Shown here: piece by piece, positions 36,608-49,400 of the stretch
How positions within the stretch are numbered: the stretch's first letter is position 1
Layout of the letters: every line of letters begins with the position of its first letter
From: Macrostomum lignano
Taxonomy: Eukaryota
Direction: 5' to 3'
NCBI GenBank assembly: GCA_002269645.1
Contig: NIVC01003922.1
Coordinates: forward strand, 5,629-69,628
Length of the DNA: 64,000 nt
Made by a program: the position numbers and the translations under genes
The notes under the pieces: generated by a model
Databases searched by the model: none
Told to the model about the DNA's origin: nothing
The model's input: the letters and a program-made list of their open reading frames with translations, nothing else

Positions 36608-38229
36608 TATTTATTCTGCTTGTAGCTAACTAAAATCTGGTAGGTGGAATTGGTGAAGTGCATATCATATTAGAAAATGTGAAAATGAAATGCATTAGTT
36701 TTGTAACATAAGCTCTGCATATCTCTTCTTGATGGTAAAATTATTTTAATAAATGTTTAATACAAGGACAAAGTAGACTATATTTTTTAAAGAGACTAAT
36801 AGTGCAACTTAATAAAGCATTTGTTTTTATTAATAGATATCACTATATTATATTATATCAAATGTGTGATTAGTTATCAAGCCTATGGGCTAGTGTTAGC
36901 TAGTTTTAGCTTAAGTATAATTATTTAGGCCTAATCCATTGGAATATTTGACTAGTTAACTATAGGATAGTATGGCATACTAGTATGATATGATATATAA
37001 AATTAGAGTATGTTAATATAGATATAAAATAATATTTGCAAGCCAAGATGATGACTCTAACCAAGTTAAAAAGGAAAATTCTAGGCTAAAAGACTGATCT
37101 AGCCTATATGCACCTTTATAATATACAGCCTAATATAGTTTTAATATACTTCTTAATGATGAAACTAATAATATTGCTTAAATTCTTACCACTATATACC
37201 AAAACCTATATTATAAAAAATTTCAGATTGTGTATTTAGTATACATTGGGTTTAATGCCAGAAAAAAATTATGAGACCTCATTTGTATGCCAGGTTTGTA
37301 TGCTGATACAAAAAAATTTCTTTTTTGTTCAAATTTGTCAAAAATATTGCTAAGATATACTTTGATTCATGCTAAAAATTGTTAAGTACCTTTTTATTTT
37401 TATATGCTAGGAAATCCTGGCATACATGTTGCCTTCCAAACTATAGTAGACATATAGTTTTCATTTTTAGTATATCTAAATAATAAGCATTAAATAGTTC
37501 CCTTGATTCAGATATACTAGTTTAATTTATTTCTTATACTAATACCCTATATAGTTTAGAAGGAAACCTATATGCTAGGATTTCCTAGTATACAACAAGG
37601 GTCTTAACATTTTTTAGAGTTTATTAAGATATATCCTAGCATACATGACAAAGTAGATACATTGAGTCAAATGACAAATTTTTTATATTGGCATACAAAC
37701 AAGGTCTCATTATTTTTTTCTAGCATTAAACCTGGCATACACTAATACATAATCTGAACTATGGCTAGTACCTTTTATCCCCGCTACAAAATGTGGCTGT
37801 TTCTTTGGCTGATTCCAAGCGGAAACACCTATGTTTTCATACAAGGATCCCACTCACACACAAAATCATCCCAATTAGACAGTTCTGGGCGCAAGAAACT
37901 GCCAAAAAAACCCACCCAGTAAGAAATCACCCAAAAAAACAACAAGAGAAGAGTTTCCAACTGAAAAAAACCACTGAACACTTGGCGGTTTCTTTCAAAG
38001 ATTCCAGCCATGTTGAAAATTGGAATCATACATGCCCAACACCTGTCTGACCTGTCCGAACCAGATAGGTAAAATGGTCACCCGCCAAGGTAAGTCACAA
38101 AATCAAAAATGGGAAAATGAAAAAAAATTAAGGGAAGAAAAAAAGTAAAGGAAGAGAAAAGGAAAAGAAAGGAAGAAGAAGAGAGAGGAGAAAGAGGAGA
38201 GAAAAAGAGAAAGAGAAGAAAAGAGAACA

Positions 38230-38483
38230 GAGGAACTAAGTCACAATTAGGAGGAACTAAGTCACAATTGGGAAGAAGTAAGTCGCAATCAGGAGGAACT
38301 AAGTTGCAATCCGGAAGAAGTAAGTTGCAATCAGGAGGAACTAAGTCGCAATCAGGAGGAACTAAGTTGCAATCAGGAGGAACTAAGTTGCAATTGGGAG
38401 GAAATAAGTCACAATTGGGAAGAAGTTAGTCACAATCAGGAGGAACTAAGTTGCAATCAAGAGGAACTAAGTCGCAATCAGGA
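38230..38483. repeat. 21-nt minisatellite (gaggaactaagtcgcaatcag)
   Basis: About 12 copies, overlapping the 3' end of the LTD-like gene. Confidence 0.9.
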
Positions 38484-39920
38484 TCCGCGCTTCAGTATTA
38501 GCATCAGTTGATAGGCAAGATTCTATAGCAATAGATTCAGCATGAGCAGTGCGCCGTTGTACAAATTCTGTCTCAAGACATCTAGTTTCTTCATTCATTT
38601 CAAAAACAGCTTCTCTTTCAGCTAACATTATTTGAGAAGAGCAATATGCGTGGGCTATTGCATCTGCACCATGAATCTCAATTTCTGCATTTTGCATAGC
38701 TAGATCTCTATTAGAATCAACAACCTCTGGATTTTGCATTGCCATTAATAGTCCCTCTCTGTGTGAGCTTGCTGAACATTGGGATGGTGGTGCTTCTAGT
38801 TCCCTTGAATGTGCTGTAGCTGCACCATCACCTGATCCTTGGGCTGCACTTAAGATTGCTGTTAATTTTCTTCTAATATCCAATGTGCACAAGAACAATC
38901 ATTCACTTCTCTAGGAGTTACATGACCAAGTTTCCATTGTGTAAAGAGCAATGGCTTTTGCTCTTCAGTTGCAAAAACGGGGCACCAGTTGATGGAATAG
39001 TCTTCATGGCCTTTTTCATCCCATTCACGTGCAGGACTCAGTATATAGTCAGGTGCTGGTCTATCTTTAAGTGAAATATATAATGACTCAAAGAATGTAC
39101 ACCAGTTGTTCTGTGTACCTCTTGCATAAATGATCATGTCGTGAATTCTATGTTGAATTATAGCAGTCAAATCCTCATTGATTGGAATTCTATCGACAAA
39201 CGTAGGTCGCCTGTTAGATAGGTGCATCTTTGCTAGACGTAACTTTGCAATGCTATTTAGGTAGTCTGCGGCATCTTCATTTCTTGAATAGTCTTTCTGA
39301 TACAGAAGCATAAGGGCCATAGGACTTTTGCCATTACCATTCTTCAGTACATTTGGGTCACTTGGAAGTTGTTTACTTGCTGATTTGAAAAATTCGAAAA
39401 TTGAAGATTGCGATGCCCTAGCTGGTGCTTCCTTAGACAGTAGTCCTTGACCAGTTTTACCTGTATACCCAATTGCAGAGTCAGTGAAGTACATGTCTGC
39501 TGTACTTATTCTATCCTTTGATGCAATTACAAAAAAATCAGTTTTTTCCTTCATTGCAGTGCAATAGAAGTCTGCAGAAAAAGTAATGACTAGTTTTCTG
39601 AACTGGCCATGATATTCCTGGACACCAATCAGCAAGTAGTCACGTAGCCTTTGTCATAGTCAGGCTTTGTCATAATGCAGAAGTTGAACGCTTCCACTAC
39701 ATTATCTGGATCTGTTGCTGTTGATGTAGATTTTCTCAAACATACAAGCTTTAATTCAACAAATTCCGAAAACTCTTGAGAGCCAAGATAGGGTCCATCA
39801 GTATTCAGCTCATTTATAACAAAAGTACACAATCTGTCTGGATCAGTCTGACAGTTTATTGAAGCACAGCAGAAACATAGGGCAAGTAGTGCAATTTTGC
39901 AAGAAAAGCTGTACCTTATT
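38467..39920 (-). pseudogene. Secreted lamin-tail-domain (LTD)-like protein, two frameshifts
   Basis: Signal-like KIALLALCFCCASINC, then CTFVINELNTDGPYLGSQEFSEFVELK (VINE..EFxEL, LTD-like). Frameshift near 39650 to LRDYLLIGVQEY...QWKLGHVTPREVNDCSCAHWILEE; frameshift near 38865 to an Ala/Glu-rich tail. AT-rich codons, unlike the host genes. Confidence 0.6.
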
Positions 39921-41097
39921 CTTACTTAGCTGGACCTAAAATGCAAGTGACAAGTCTTTCTTTAGCTACAAAGGTTTACCAACTTGATTGTTGAAATGCT
40001 TTATCCAATGAAATGAATAAAGGTTACAATTTGCAAGTAGCTTAGCAAAAGCAACACTTACCACTTCCACAAGTCAGAGTTACCAGTGCCTATACTTTTT
40101 ACTGAAGATAGTTTTGTTGCAGTTTGCCTTCAGCCTTATCTGGTTGCCTTAAACTGAAGCTTTCTGTTTGTTAACAAAAAATCTAGCCCACACAAGGCCT
40201 ATATATACACAAGTTAGTTTGCCAAACATAGAGTACAATATGTAAAGTGTAGCCAATAGGGTACATTGGTACAAGCTATAGTGCAATTTACTGCAGTCTG
40301 AAATGCTGCATAAGTGAATGATAAATCAATCAGGAAAGATAGTCAGGGCAGGAGAAAGGAAAGAGAAATGAGGTACTTTTATTTTTCAATAAGCATAGCC
40401 ATAAGCAAGGCGTGCCACCCCCCCCCCTCGGTCTTTCAGCGTGGTGGCGAATAGGTAAGTTGCAAATCTGGACAAAACTAAGTTGCACCAGACAGGTGAA
40501 ATTTTGAGGTTGGTCATATATGATCAGAATTAATGAAGGAACCCATCAAAAACTTTGGCAGGTTCTCACAAAGCTTTGGATGATTCCTGCAGAATCCACC
40601 ATTTACTATATTTCAGGAAACTGCTAAGAGAATCAAATTGAATTTCATTTTTAGAGGCCATTCATTTGCTTGAAATGTTCTTAATGTTTTAAAAATTTAA
40701 CAAGTATATAAATATAAAGCAACTATGATTATATACTGTTCATATTATACAGTAATTTTATCCTGCATTTGTATGGTGACATTGTTTGTAACATGTAAAT
40801 ATCACTTTCAAAAAGTAGGAATTTAACAAAATATATATCTGCTACGATTTAACAGTTGACTTCATTTTTCAGCTACTGTTCTGGTCAGTTCTTTGCTTTC
40901 TTATACTTAGCCCTTACCCTAGTCAGGCCCATCATAGCAATATCTCGCCTTTTAAAATATGAGACAATGCGAGTGCATGATGCACCTTAACCATAATGCT
41001 TCATAGTGTAAACCCTATGACTGAGCTGCTAGTATAGTATGTTGTAATTGGACAGTATGATCAGATACCTTGATTGTTGATGCAAATATTATTTTGG

Positions 41098-42695
41098 ATG
41101 GCACCAAAATCAGGCTCCAAATCACAAGTGAAAACGCAGGAAAAGTGCGAGAAAAAATGCACAGTCAAAAGAGTCAGTACTAAAGAGAAGGAAAGAAGTA
41201 CAAAAAAGGTAAGAAGTTGAAGGACCAACAGCAGTCTGCTAAAGATTATAATAATAATAGTAATTCTTCCAATGACAATGAAATCTTGCCGCTTGCACTC
41301 TGTTGTACATCTAATGCGGCAGCTATAATGCAGGAAATTGCTTCCACTACTGCCAACTGTGCCATTAGCACTGCTGCTACTGCAGTGACATCTAAACGAT
41401 TGGCTGCTTCCACTACTGCCGACTGCGCCATGAGCGGTTTGAACGTGGGCACTTCCAACATGGTTTTGGTTGAAGATCCTGTAGGTGAAACGCAAAGGGC
41501 CTTTAGGGTCATTGAAAATGTGTAAACCTCGTTGGTGGGGTCTGCAATTTAAGACCTCACAGACTGGCATGATATCTGAGGTGGATATCCGGTTCGTCTA
41601 TGGTGGTGAATGGCTATTAAAAGGAAGAATAGTCAAAGTTGTGACCTCTAAAAGTTCTCATGCTGCTTTGCATATCAGAGTACTGTTAAAGGTCCCATTC
41701 AATTCAACGCTCGGCATGCGAATCTGTGCGGCTCTGGGTAGCCATCCGTTACAATGAACATGAAGTAACTTCATGTAACTCTTGGTGAGACCTACGAAAG
41801 AGTCTTCACAAAACACAAGCAGTGATGCGCAGGTTTTGTAAGTAGCAACAAGTTTCTTATTACAATTTGTGCCTTTACTGCAGTACTACTGAAATATTAC
41901 TAAAAATGATTTTTCACTTCTTTATCTAGGAAGCGAGCTGCTAACAGACTCCAAACAAAACTGAAGCTCTGCAGTCAGCCAATCTTGCACTCAAAAACTG
42001 GCTTGTTGCAACCAACAAGCAAATTAAAGATCTTGAGAAAGAGCGTGAGCAGCTTCTTCTCCAAATTGTCCAAGCTGAAGGAGCAGCTAAAGTTCTTGCT
42101 GATGTCTCAGCAATGATCAGCACTGCAGTGGATGGCTCTGCGGCTGTTGATTCTAATGCAATTGCCAATGTTGGCAACCAAGGTGGCAATGCAAATTCTG
42201 AAGACAATACTGAGAGTGATCAGCAAAAGCAGCTTGTGTGCCTTTCAGACAAAAATCAGGCTTTACGATTGCAAAAAATAACAAAAATGGATTCCAAGCA
42301 AATCTGAAAGTTGCTAACAGCTTTTAAATCTGTAAAAGCTCTTGTAGTCTCCAACATCGACATCAATGGCAAAAAGGACAAAGACAAGCTCGTACAAAAA
42401 GTGGAATCTCGTCTTATCCACTGCCTTCTGCGGTCTCTTTATGGAGGCCGACTTTCTAGCAACAAATTTTTCAGGCCAAAAAGTTGGGCAACAAGTTCTG
42501 GACGCACCCTGCCCAATTAAAATCGAGGCTGTAAAGGAATTTTTGCCTCATTCTAACATTGCTGTAGAGCATCAGACTCTGTGTCTAGCATTTAAGCAGT
42601 GCCGTGCCACAGCCAGAGAGCAAATGCAGCCGCAAAAACAGGCAATTCAACAGGTCAAAACATCTGAATGGAAGGACAAACAACGCACTGTTTAG
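41098..42695 (+). pseudogene. Coiled-coil plus BEN-like domain gene, decayed
   Basis: Exon from 41930 (acceptor ttttatctag): coiled coil NKQIKDLEKEREQLLLQI, then SRLIHCLLRSLYGGRLSSNKF/SGQKVGQQVLDAPCPIKIEAVKEFL...LCLAFKQCRATAR (BEN-like LL..L, G, LD, I.AVK.F, C..R pattern). One stop, one frameshift. Confidence 0.5.
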
Positions 42696-42885
42696 AAGTC
42701 TGCGCTGAGTTACGCATCACAGGCATCACAATTTGTACCTAGTTGGGCTGCCTGCAGTCATAGCAATAGTAATGGTGATGTCAGTCATGTTGGTGTCATG
42801 CTGGCTTCTGACAGCAATGCCATACTGCATTTGGAGGGTGACGATGTGCAACTGCTGCTAGTTTGTAGTCTATGACTTGTGAACT

Positions 42886-43106
42886 CAGGGTCTCCCTAAA
42901 ACAAGTACCGCACCACCCTATTATTACTACATGTATTATCATTATTATTCTTAGAATTTTACATTTTGAAGTAATAGAAAACTATAAATTTATGAAACAC
43001 TTTAAGCTCAACAGAAAACTTTTTTGCAATGTCTTAAGTTATAAACCAAATTGTGTTAATGTGCAGCACTGCTGGGTGGTGTGGTATGTGTTTTAGGGAG
43101 ACCCGT
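42886..43106. mobile_element. MITE with about 33-bp TIRs
   Basis: CAGGGTCTCCCTAAAACAAGTACCGCACCACC versus GGTGGTGTGGTATGTGTTTTAGGGAGACCC; 15-bp perfect core. Confidence 0.75.
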
Positions 43107-43109
43107 GAA

Positions 43110-43626
43110 CCCATTACGAGAGCCATCCCAAAAGTTTGTGCAATCATGCCACAGTTTAGACTGACATCACAACAAACAGTTGATTTTTTTCAGGATGTCA
43201 AAATAAAATCCAATGAATGCAATGGCTCATTCTAAGCGCCCAGGAAACTTGTGAACACTGTTTACAAATACCCAAATCACCCGGGTTTTCTAGAAGTCAG
43301 ATGATCTCATTGAAGAGCTTATTCAGGCATTGCTACTGGCGCCCCTAGGTCCTCTGTGAGAATTTGGTGGATGCTGGATACAAAGAATTTCACTAAGTTC
43401 TGCCATTTTTTTAGACATCTATTGTGGATTGATTTCTAGTAGACCACAGATGAGCTGCATGTTGCTCTCTTAGTCTGCACATCTCGGGGTCTCCCAGATT
43501 TTGGCTCGTCCAAGGTTGAAGTGCAGCTGCTTTTAAACTAGTCCTACCACTTGTACACTACTTGAAATGAATCAATTGCACAAACTTTTGGGACCCAGTC
43601 GAACAAGCTGCTTTTTGTTGTCCATA
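43110..43626 (-). mobile_element. Decayed mariner/Tc1 transposase fragment
   Basis: VVYKW*D*FKSSCTSTLDEPKSGRP (mariner HTH linker) and SIHQILTEDLG; many stops and frameshifts. Confidence 0.7.
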
Positions 43627-46459
43627 ACAGTTTGAACCCTTTATTGACTATCAGGGGTACGTCCAAGGGTTTCAGGATGGGGAGGCCCAGTTGGGGCCTA
43701 GTAAAAACTGAAGGGACAAAATCTCAAATTTTTACTCTTTGTTGATTTTTGTTTTGTAATTGAAAGGTTTTTGAATAAAAAGCATACAAAGTAAACTTTA
43801 AACACAAATTCTAAACACAAACTACATATTGACTTTTCCTGGCAGACCCTTGTCAAAAAACTCCATTGGTTATTCTATCAGAAGATTTTATACATAAATC
43901 ACTATGAGAGGAAAGAAGTGAGAGGAGAGGGAAGAGAGGAAAGAGAGAATAAATAAGGGTGAGAGAAGCGGAAGGAGAGAGTAGAGATGAGAGGAGGATG
44001 AGATGAAATAAGAGGAAAGAGTAGATAGGAGAAAGTAGAGAAGTGATAGAGGAGAGTAGAAGTGGAAGAGTAGAGAGATGAGACAGGAGAGATTAGGCCC
44101 CCTATAGAGTGGAGATAAGCGAGCAGAAAGAAGAGATAAAAGAGAAATAAAGATAGAGCTGTTAGAGAGGAAAAAGGAAAGAAAAGAGAGCAGAGACAAG
44201 ATATATGAGAGTAGACAAAACAGAGATAGAAAAGAATATGTGAGAGCAGAGAGGAGAGGTAATGGGAGAAAGAAGTGGAGTGAGGAGAGAGGATACAAGA
44301 AGAAGTAGAATAGAATCGAGAGGATGTATTGCATTATGGATGTAGTGTTGACTATATAGTGCATTTACGCACGAGTTTTTTATACCATCTGCTACGAGCT
44401 ATAATCACATGTTACGTTCCATTTTTTACAACTTTGGTTTGGTCCACTAAAAATATAATATACTATTTTAATAATACAAAGTGCACTATATTTTTGGCTT
44501 TAGCCTTGGAAAAGGTAAACTCATGTTTTTTACTGTTTGCACTTATTTGGATCATATTAAAATGCTTCAGGCTATCATTGAATGTTGTACTCTTTGTAGT
44601 CAATGATTATTGAATGTAATAGGCCTTCTTCTTTTAGTAGTTTACATTTCTTAGAAAAGGGGTATAAATTCAAAAAAAGCTATTATTTTGTTTTACTACA
44701 CGAATATCTTGTATACTTTGTATATTTTTCATATTCTTTATATTACTTTTTGTTTGAAATGACAGGAAAAATTATACTATAAATAGAGGCCATTTGAGAG
44801 CCTAGCAAACCAACTGGCTAACTTCCTGTTCCTCGTTGAACAACTTTAATACTCTCATTTGAGAAGAAATCAGCCTTGGGCTCGTATTTGCTCGTGTTAC
44901 TTATTTCAAGTAGTGGATAGTAGTTTAGGAGTTGCCCCAAGATTGGGAGTTCAGTCCGTTCTCAGAGAACGAGAAATCCTAGACTTAGGAGTTTAGTAAC
45001 CCGCCTTTAGGAGGCAGAGATCCTACCATAGGGTAGAGAAATCCAGGCTTAGAGTCTGAGAAACCCGCCTCAGGGCAGAATACCCAGCGAAGTGCGCTGT
45101 GACCCTCTGATCCTGGGAACGCCCAGGACTGAGAATAATACCTTTAGAGGAGTATAGGAATAGGATAGACAGTGCCTAGAAGACCGCTCAGGCCAGAAAG
45201 TACAATAAAAGTACAGACACTAACAGTAAAAGTACATACACTACCAATAGAAGTACATATGCTACTAGTAAAAGGCAAGTAATAACCAGCAATATTAACA
45301 AGAAGGAACAGCCCCTGTAACAACTTTAGTGGCAGCTTTAGAACAGTCAATAATAGGAATTATAAAAGTAGCCCTACAATAGCTGGTGGCATAATGGTAG
45401 GATTTACATAGAGAGCCAAAAGCCCTATAACAGCTTGGTGGCAGCAAGTAAGGCTAAACAAAAGAATAAATAAGAGCCCTGGGACATGAAGTAGTCAGTG
45501 TTTATTACAGATATAGTACACTTCTATGTTACTCGTATTTGAACAATAAATTTCAACATTAACATGCATATTAAAATAGTGGTAATGCAATAATTGTGCT
45601 CTACATAGGATCAGCAGAATAATTCGATTTCAATCAGTAGCTTCTTTTGCAGTTTCTGAAACGAATTCCACCCAGGAAACAGCCTGGTTTTTAAGTACAC
45701 TGTGTCTTAGTCACTGTCTTTAAGTATGGCCATAACATATATATAAAATATTATAAATAGGAACAATATAATGGCAACAAATAGAGGTCCCTATTTGTGT
45801 ATACATAATCTGTAGCCAGATATTATATGTAGCCGGATAATCTACTGTTTCTAGTATTTTATAGTATTTTGAATGAAAATTATAGCAATAATAAAAAACC
45901 ATCATTAGGATTAAATTGATTTGCTTACATTTTGTCCTCTTCTACTGGGCAACCATATTCATCATACATTTTAAAGAGCGACAATTGTTGCTATTAGCTG
46001 TTAACTTATAAGTAAATTTAAAAGCAAACAATAAACTAATGACTTTGGGAAAGATATTTATAAGCAGGTAACAGGCTACTTATCTTAGACACGTTCATAA
46101 AACTCCACCGAAAAGTAGTCAGACGCCGCTCCTGTGGTTCGTGGAAAGCTGGATTTCTGCGGTGGTACAAATAAATTGTAACCTTAAATGTAATTTATTA
46201 GCAAAGAAGTTTTTATAGCGTTTTTTAATTTTTGCTATTTTATTTTTATTTTTCTAATACTTTAGGTTTTTTATTTTGTTAACTTTTATAAATTTTTAAA
46301 GTTTCAAGCAACAAGTTTAAACGTTTATTTCGATCGATCCGTTCGATCGATTTCTTATACTGTAAAGGTTAAGTTGCAATTTGCTGTTTTATACCTGTAT
46401 ACTTTATATTATAAATATAGTACACATATTTTTACTTTGCTTTCTGGTTAATATTATTG

Positions 46460-49400
46460 ATGAATCTTAGTCTTGAAGACATTATAGGATCAAAGCAACG
46501 TGATATGTAAGTTTCCTTGGTTACGCATAGGCCTGCCTTTGCTTTGCTATGTTGTTATGTATGAGCTCAGGCCTAGCGTGCATTCTAAGTTGTATTTTAG
46601 ATGATTTTTTCAGTGGCGCAACAAGAAAGTTAAAGACCCAACTAAAGGAACTAACTAAAGGCAGCTAAAGACCCAAACAAAAATGGAGGTGCTAGTTCTG
46701 TTTTTAGTTAAAATATCAGAGAGAGAGAGTAGGCCCAGTCCTAAAAACATTCTAAAATTTGTGTTAGGATTCTTATGGATATTATGCATATGAGACATGC
46801 CTTTATAGATCTTGTTGAATATAATATATTCCGAATAGGCAAAAATTCCATAATCTTTTCACACCCAGGAAGGTATACATTGTGGCAAAAAATTCTAGTG
46901 CACTTCAACAAAAAATCTGTGCAAAGTTGAAAAAAGCTTACAAAAGGTATGAAAATTCATTAGTTTTTTACTTTTGTTTCAATTGGACTTTTATCAATTT
47001 TTTTAATAGTACATATATTACTTATATGGTAAAATCCAAAAACGTGGGATAAAATAGTAAAACAAATCTGCGGACATTGATGGAAAGTAATGTATCTAAA
47101 AAAGGTTTTTGAAAGATGGTAGGTCTTTAAAAAATAGTTCTGGATAAAAACTATTGTTTTCATGCTTTATATCGTTGAATAAATAAGAAAAAAACACAAA
47201 AAAGCATTTTAAAAGTCCAAGTTGACCAATTCACAATTTTTTGTTTCACTTTTTTTCATTATTGAACAATTAATTTTAAGACTTGTAGGCCTTAGAGAAG
47301 GCTAATTTTTTTACTACTTATAAAACAGAAAATAATCTGTGTTTTACTTTTTATTCTATTCAAAAAGATGGGGTATTTCTAAAGATTTCAAAGTTTTTCT
47401 AAAACCACATGAACTCGCGAAAATTCATACTCATTTAAAGTGCAAAATTTGCCAGCAAACATCTTTTTCTAAAAGTAAATATATCGCTAATTCCTTATTT
47501 CAAAATAATCTAAGTCGTTTTCTTTCATTTAAATATCAACTTGCATAGTATTAGTGTTTGTAATATGCCTATATTTAGACTTAAAAATTTTGAGTAAAAA
47601 ATGGTACCATAAAATGTGACCCTGGCATCCAAATCAAATGCTTCCTATATGCTTATTAAGCAACAAAGAACAATGAAATTACACTAAAACCTGTATCACC
47701 GCGGCGTGTATGCAAGAAAAAAAAGAATTTTCCAAATCGCTTTAGTAGAAGCTGCGTAAAATGCAATTTTCCAATCCTTATAAGAATTCCAATGTGTTAC
47801 CTGGCTTCCAAATTAGATGCTTACTGTATGCTTATTAAGCAACGAAGAAAAAAGAAATTACACTAAAACATGTACCATTGCGGCGTGTATGCAAGAAAAA
47901 AAGAATTTTCCAAATAGCTTTGGTAAAAGCTGAGTAAAATGCAATTTTCCGATCCTTATGGGAATTTGTATTTTTACTTAATAAACTTATGTTGAATACA
48001 ATTTATTGCAAACAAACTCTACAAAATACATATTGTCAAGAGTACAGAAAGTGATAAGCAAATAAACCCTTTAAAAAATGTTAAATATGTTATAGAATTA
48101 TAGAGTGCAATATTATAAAATAGTTAAAGTTAATAAAATACATTATAGCTTTTCTATCATTTTCATTAGAGTCATTTTAGGTCATAATTAAACTTACAAT
48201 TTTAACAAATCATTTTATTAAAAATAAAGCTATACATAGATAATTTGTGCTTTTATATACTTTTTTACCTTTTTAAAACTTAAATAAATTTATTTTATAG
48301 CTTTATTGCTTTCAAATTGCCAAAAAACAAATTTTCATAAAACTTGCCCCCAATTTTTGGATTTCGCCATATGGTATTACCCCTATGAATTTATTTATTT
48401 GGTTGATAGAGTGATCAAGGCTGCATTTATTGGCCGAGGCATGCTAAAGCCCCTGATTTGGTGGCCAGCCAAGGAAGTTGCAAAAATGCCCACCCGAAAA
48501 AAACACAGGAAATACAAAAAGGTAGCGTGGCACGATATTTCTATACTAACCCCCTCCTCCTAGCTTAGCAAGCTGGCAAAAGGCTCAGTGGTCCCAGTAA
48601 GGCGCAAATTTGCACTTGGTGCAAATGAGGTACAAATGCACAAATTTTACAAAAATGGCACAATTTTTTTGCCATTGTATGGTGCAAATTTTTCACAACT
48701 GATTGGTGCAAAATTGGAGCTAAGCGGCTCCGAATTGGGCAAAAAGTGTCTTTAATCCATTTTTCTTAAATATTCAAAAAAGTTAGTATATTATTAGAGA
48801 CCATGGAGCCAATAAGTACCATAGGAAAAATGCAAGAAAAAATTGTTCAAAATAGGAGGTAAAATAGTGTACTCGTTGCTAATGCTAAGTAGCCTCTGCC
48901 AAGGAATTCTATAATTAGCAATCTGGAGTGGAAGCAAGTTTTACCTCATGAGGCCACGCCAATTGTAAAGATAAAGAGCCAGCACTGAATGTCTATGGCT
49001 CTGTCTGACTGTCTATGCTAGTCTGGCCTCAAGAGGTAAAACAGAAAAACTCATTTCCACTCCAGGTTGCTAATTATAGAACTCCTTGCCTCTGCCCTAT
49101 GGTTTAAATTACAAAATTTTATTTAGCACTCACTTAACTTGGAAAGGAATTAATGTATTAATGTACTTAACGCTTGTCAATCTTCAAATTTTAAATTATT
49201 TAGTCTTGTGCTGTGTAGGCTGTTAAAATCAAATTTCATTATTAAAATAGATTAATTATGTTTTATTGTTAAGTTAGCAGTAGGTCTTGTCTGACTTCTT
49301 GCTATTTTTTGCAGTTCCTTACATTTTGTTCTAATTTTTAAACTTTAATCAAATAATTCAACCTAAAATGCTACTAATATTTTATTTGTAATCCTTGGTT

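Noticed and set aside
44780-45500. Possible solo LTR
   Set aside because: Composition is suggestive, but no TG...CA termini, TSD, PBS or PPT were identified.
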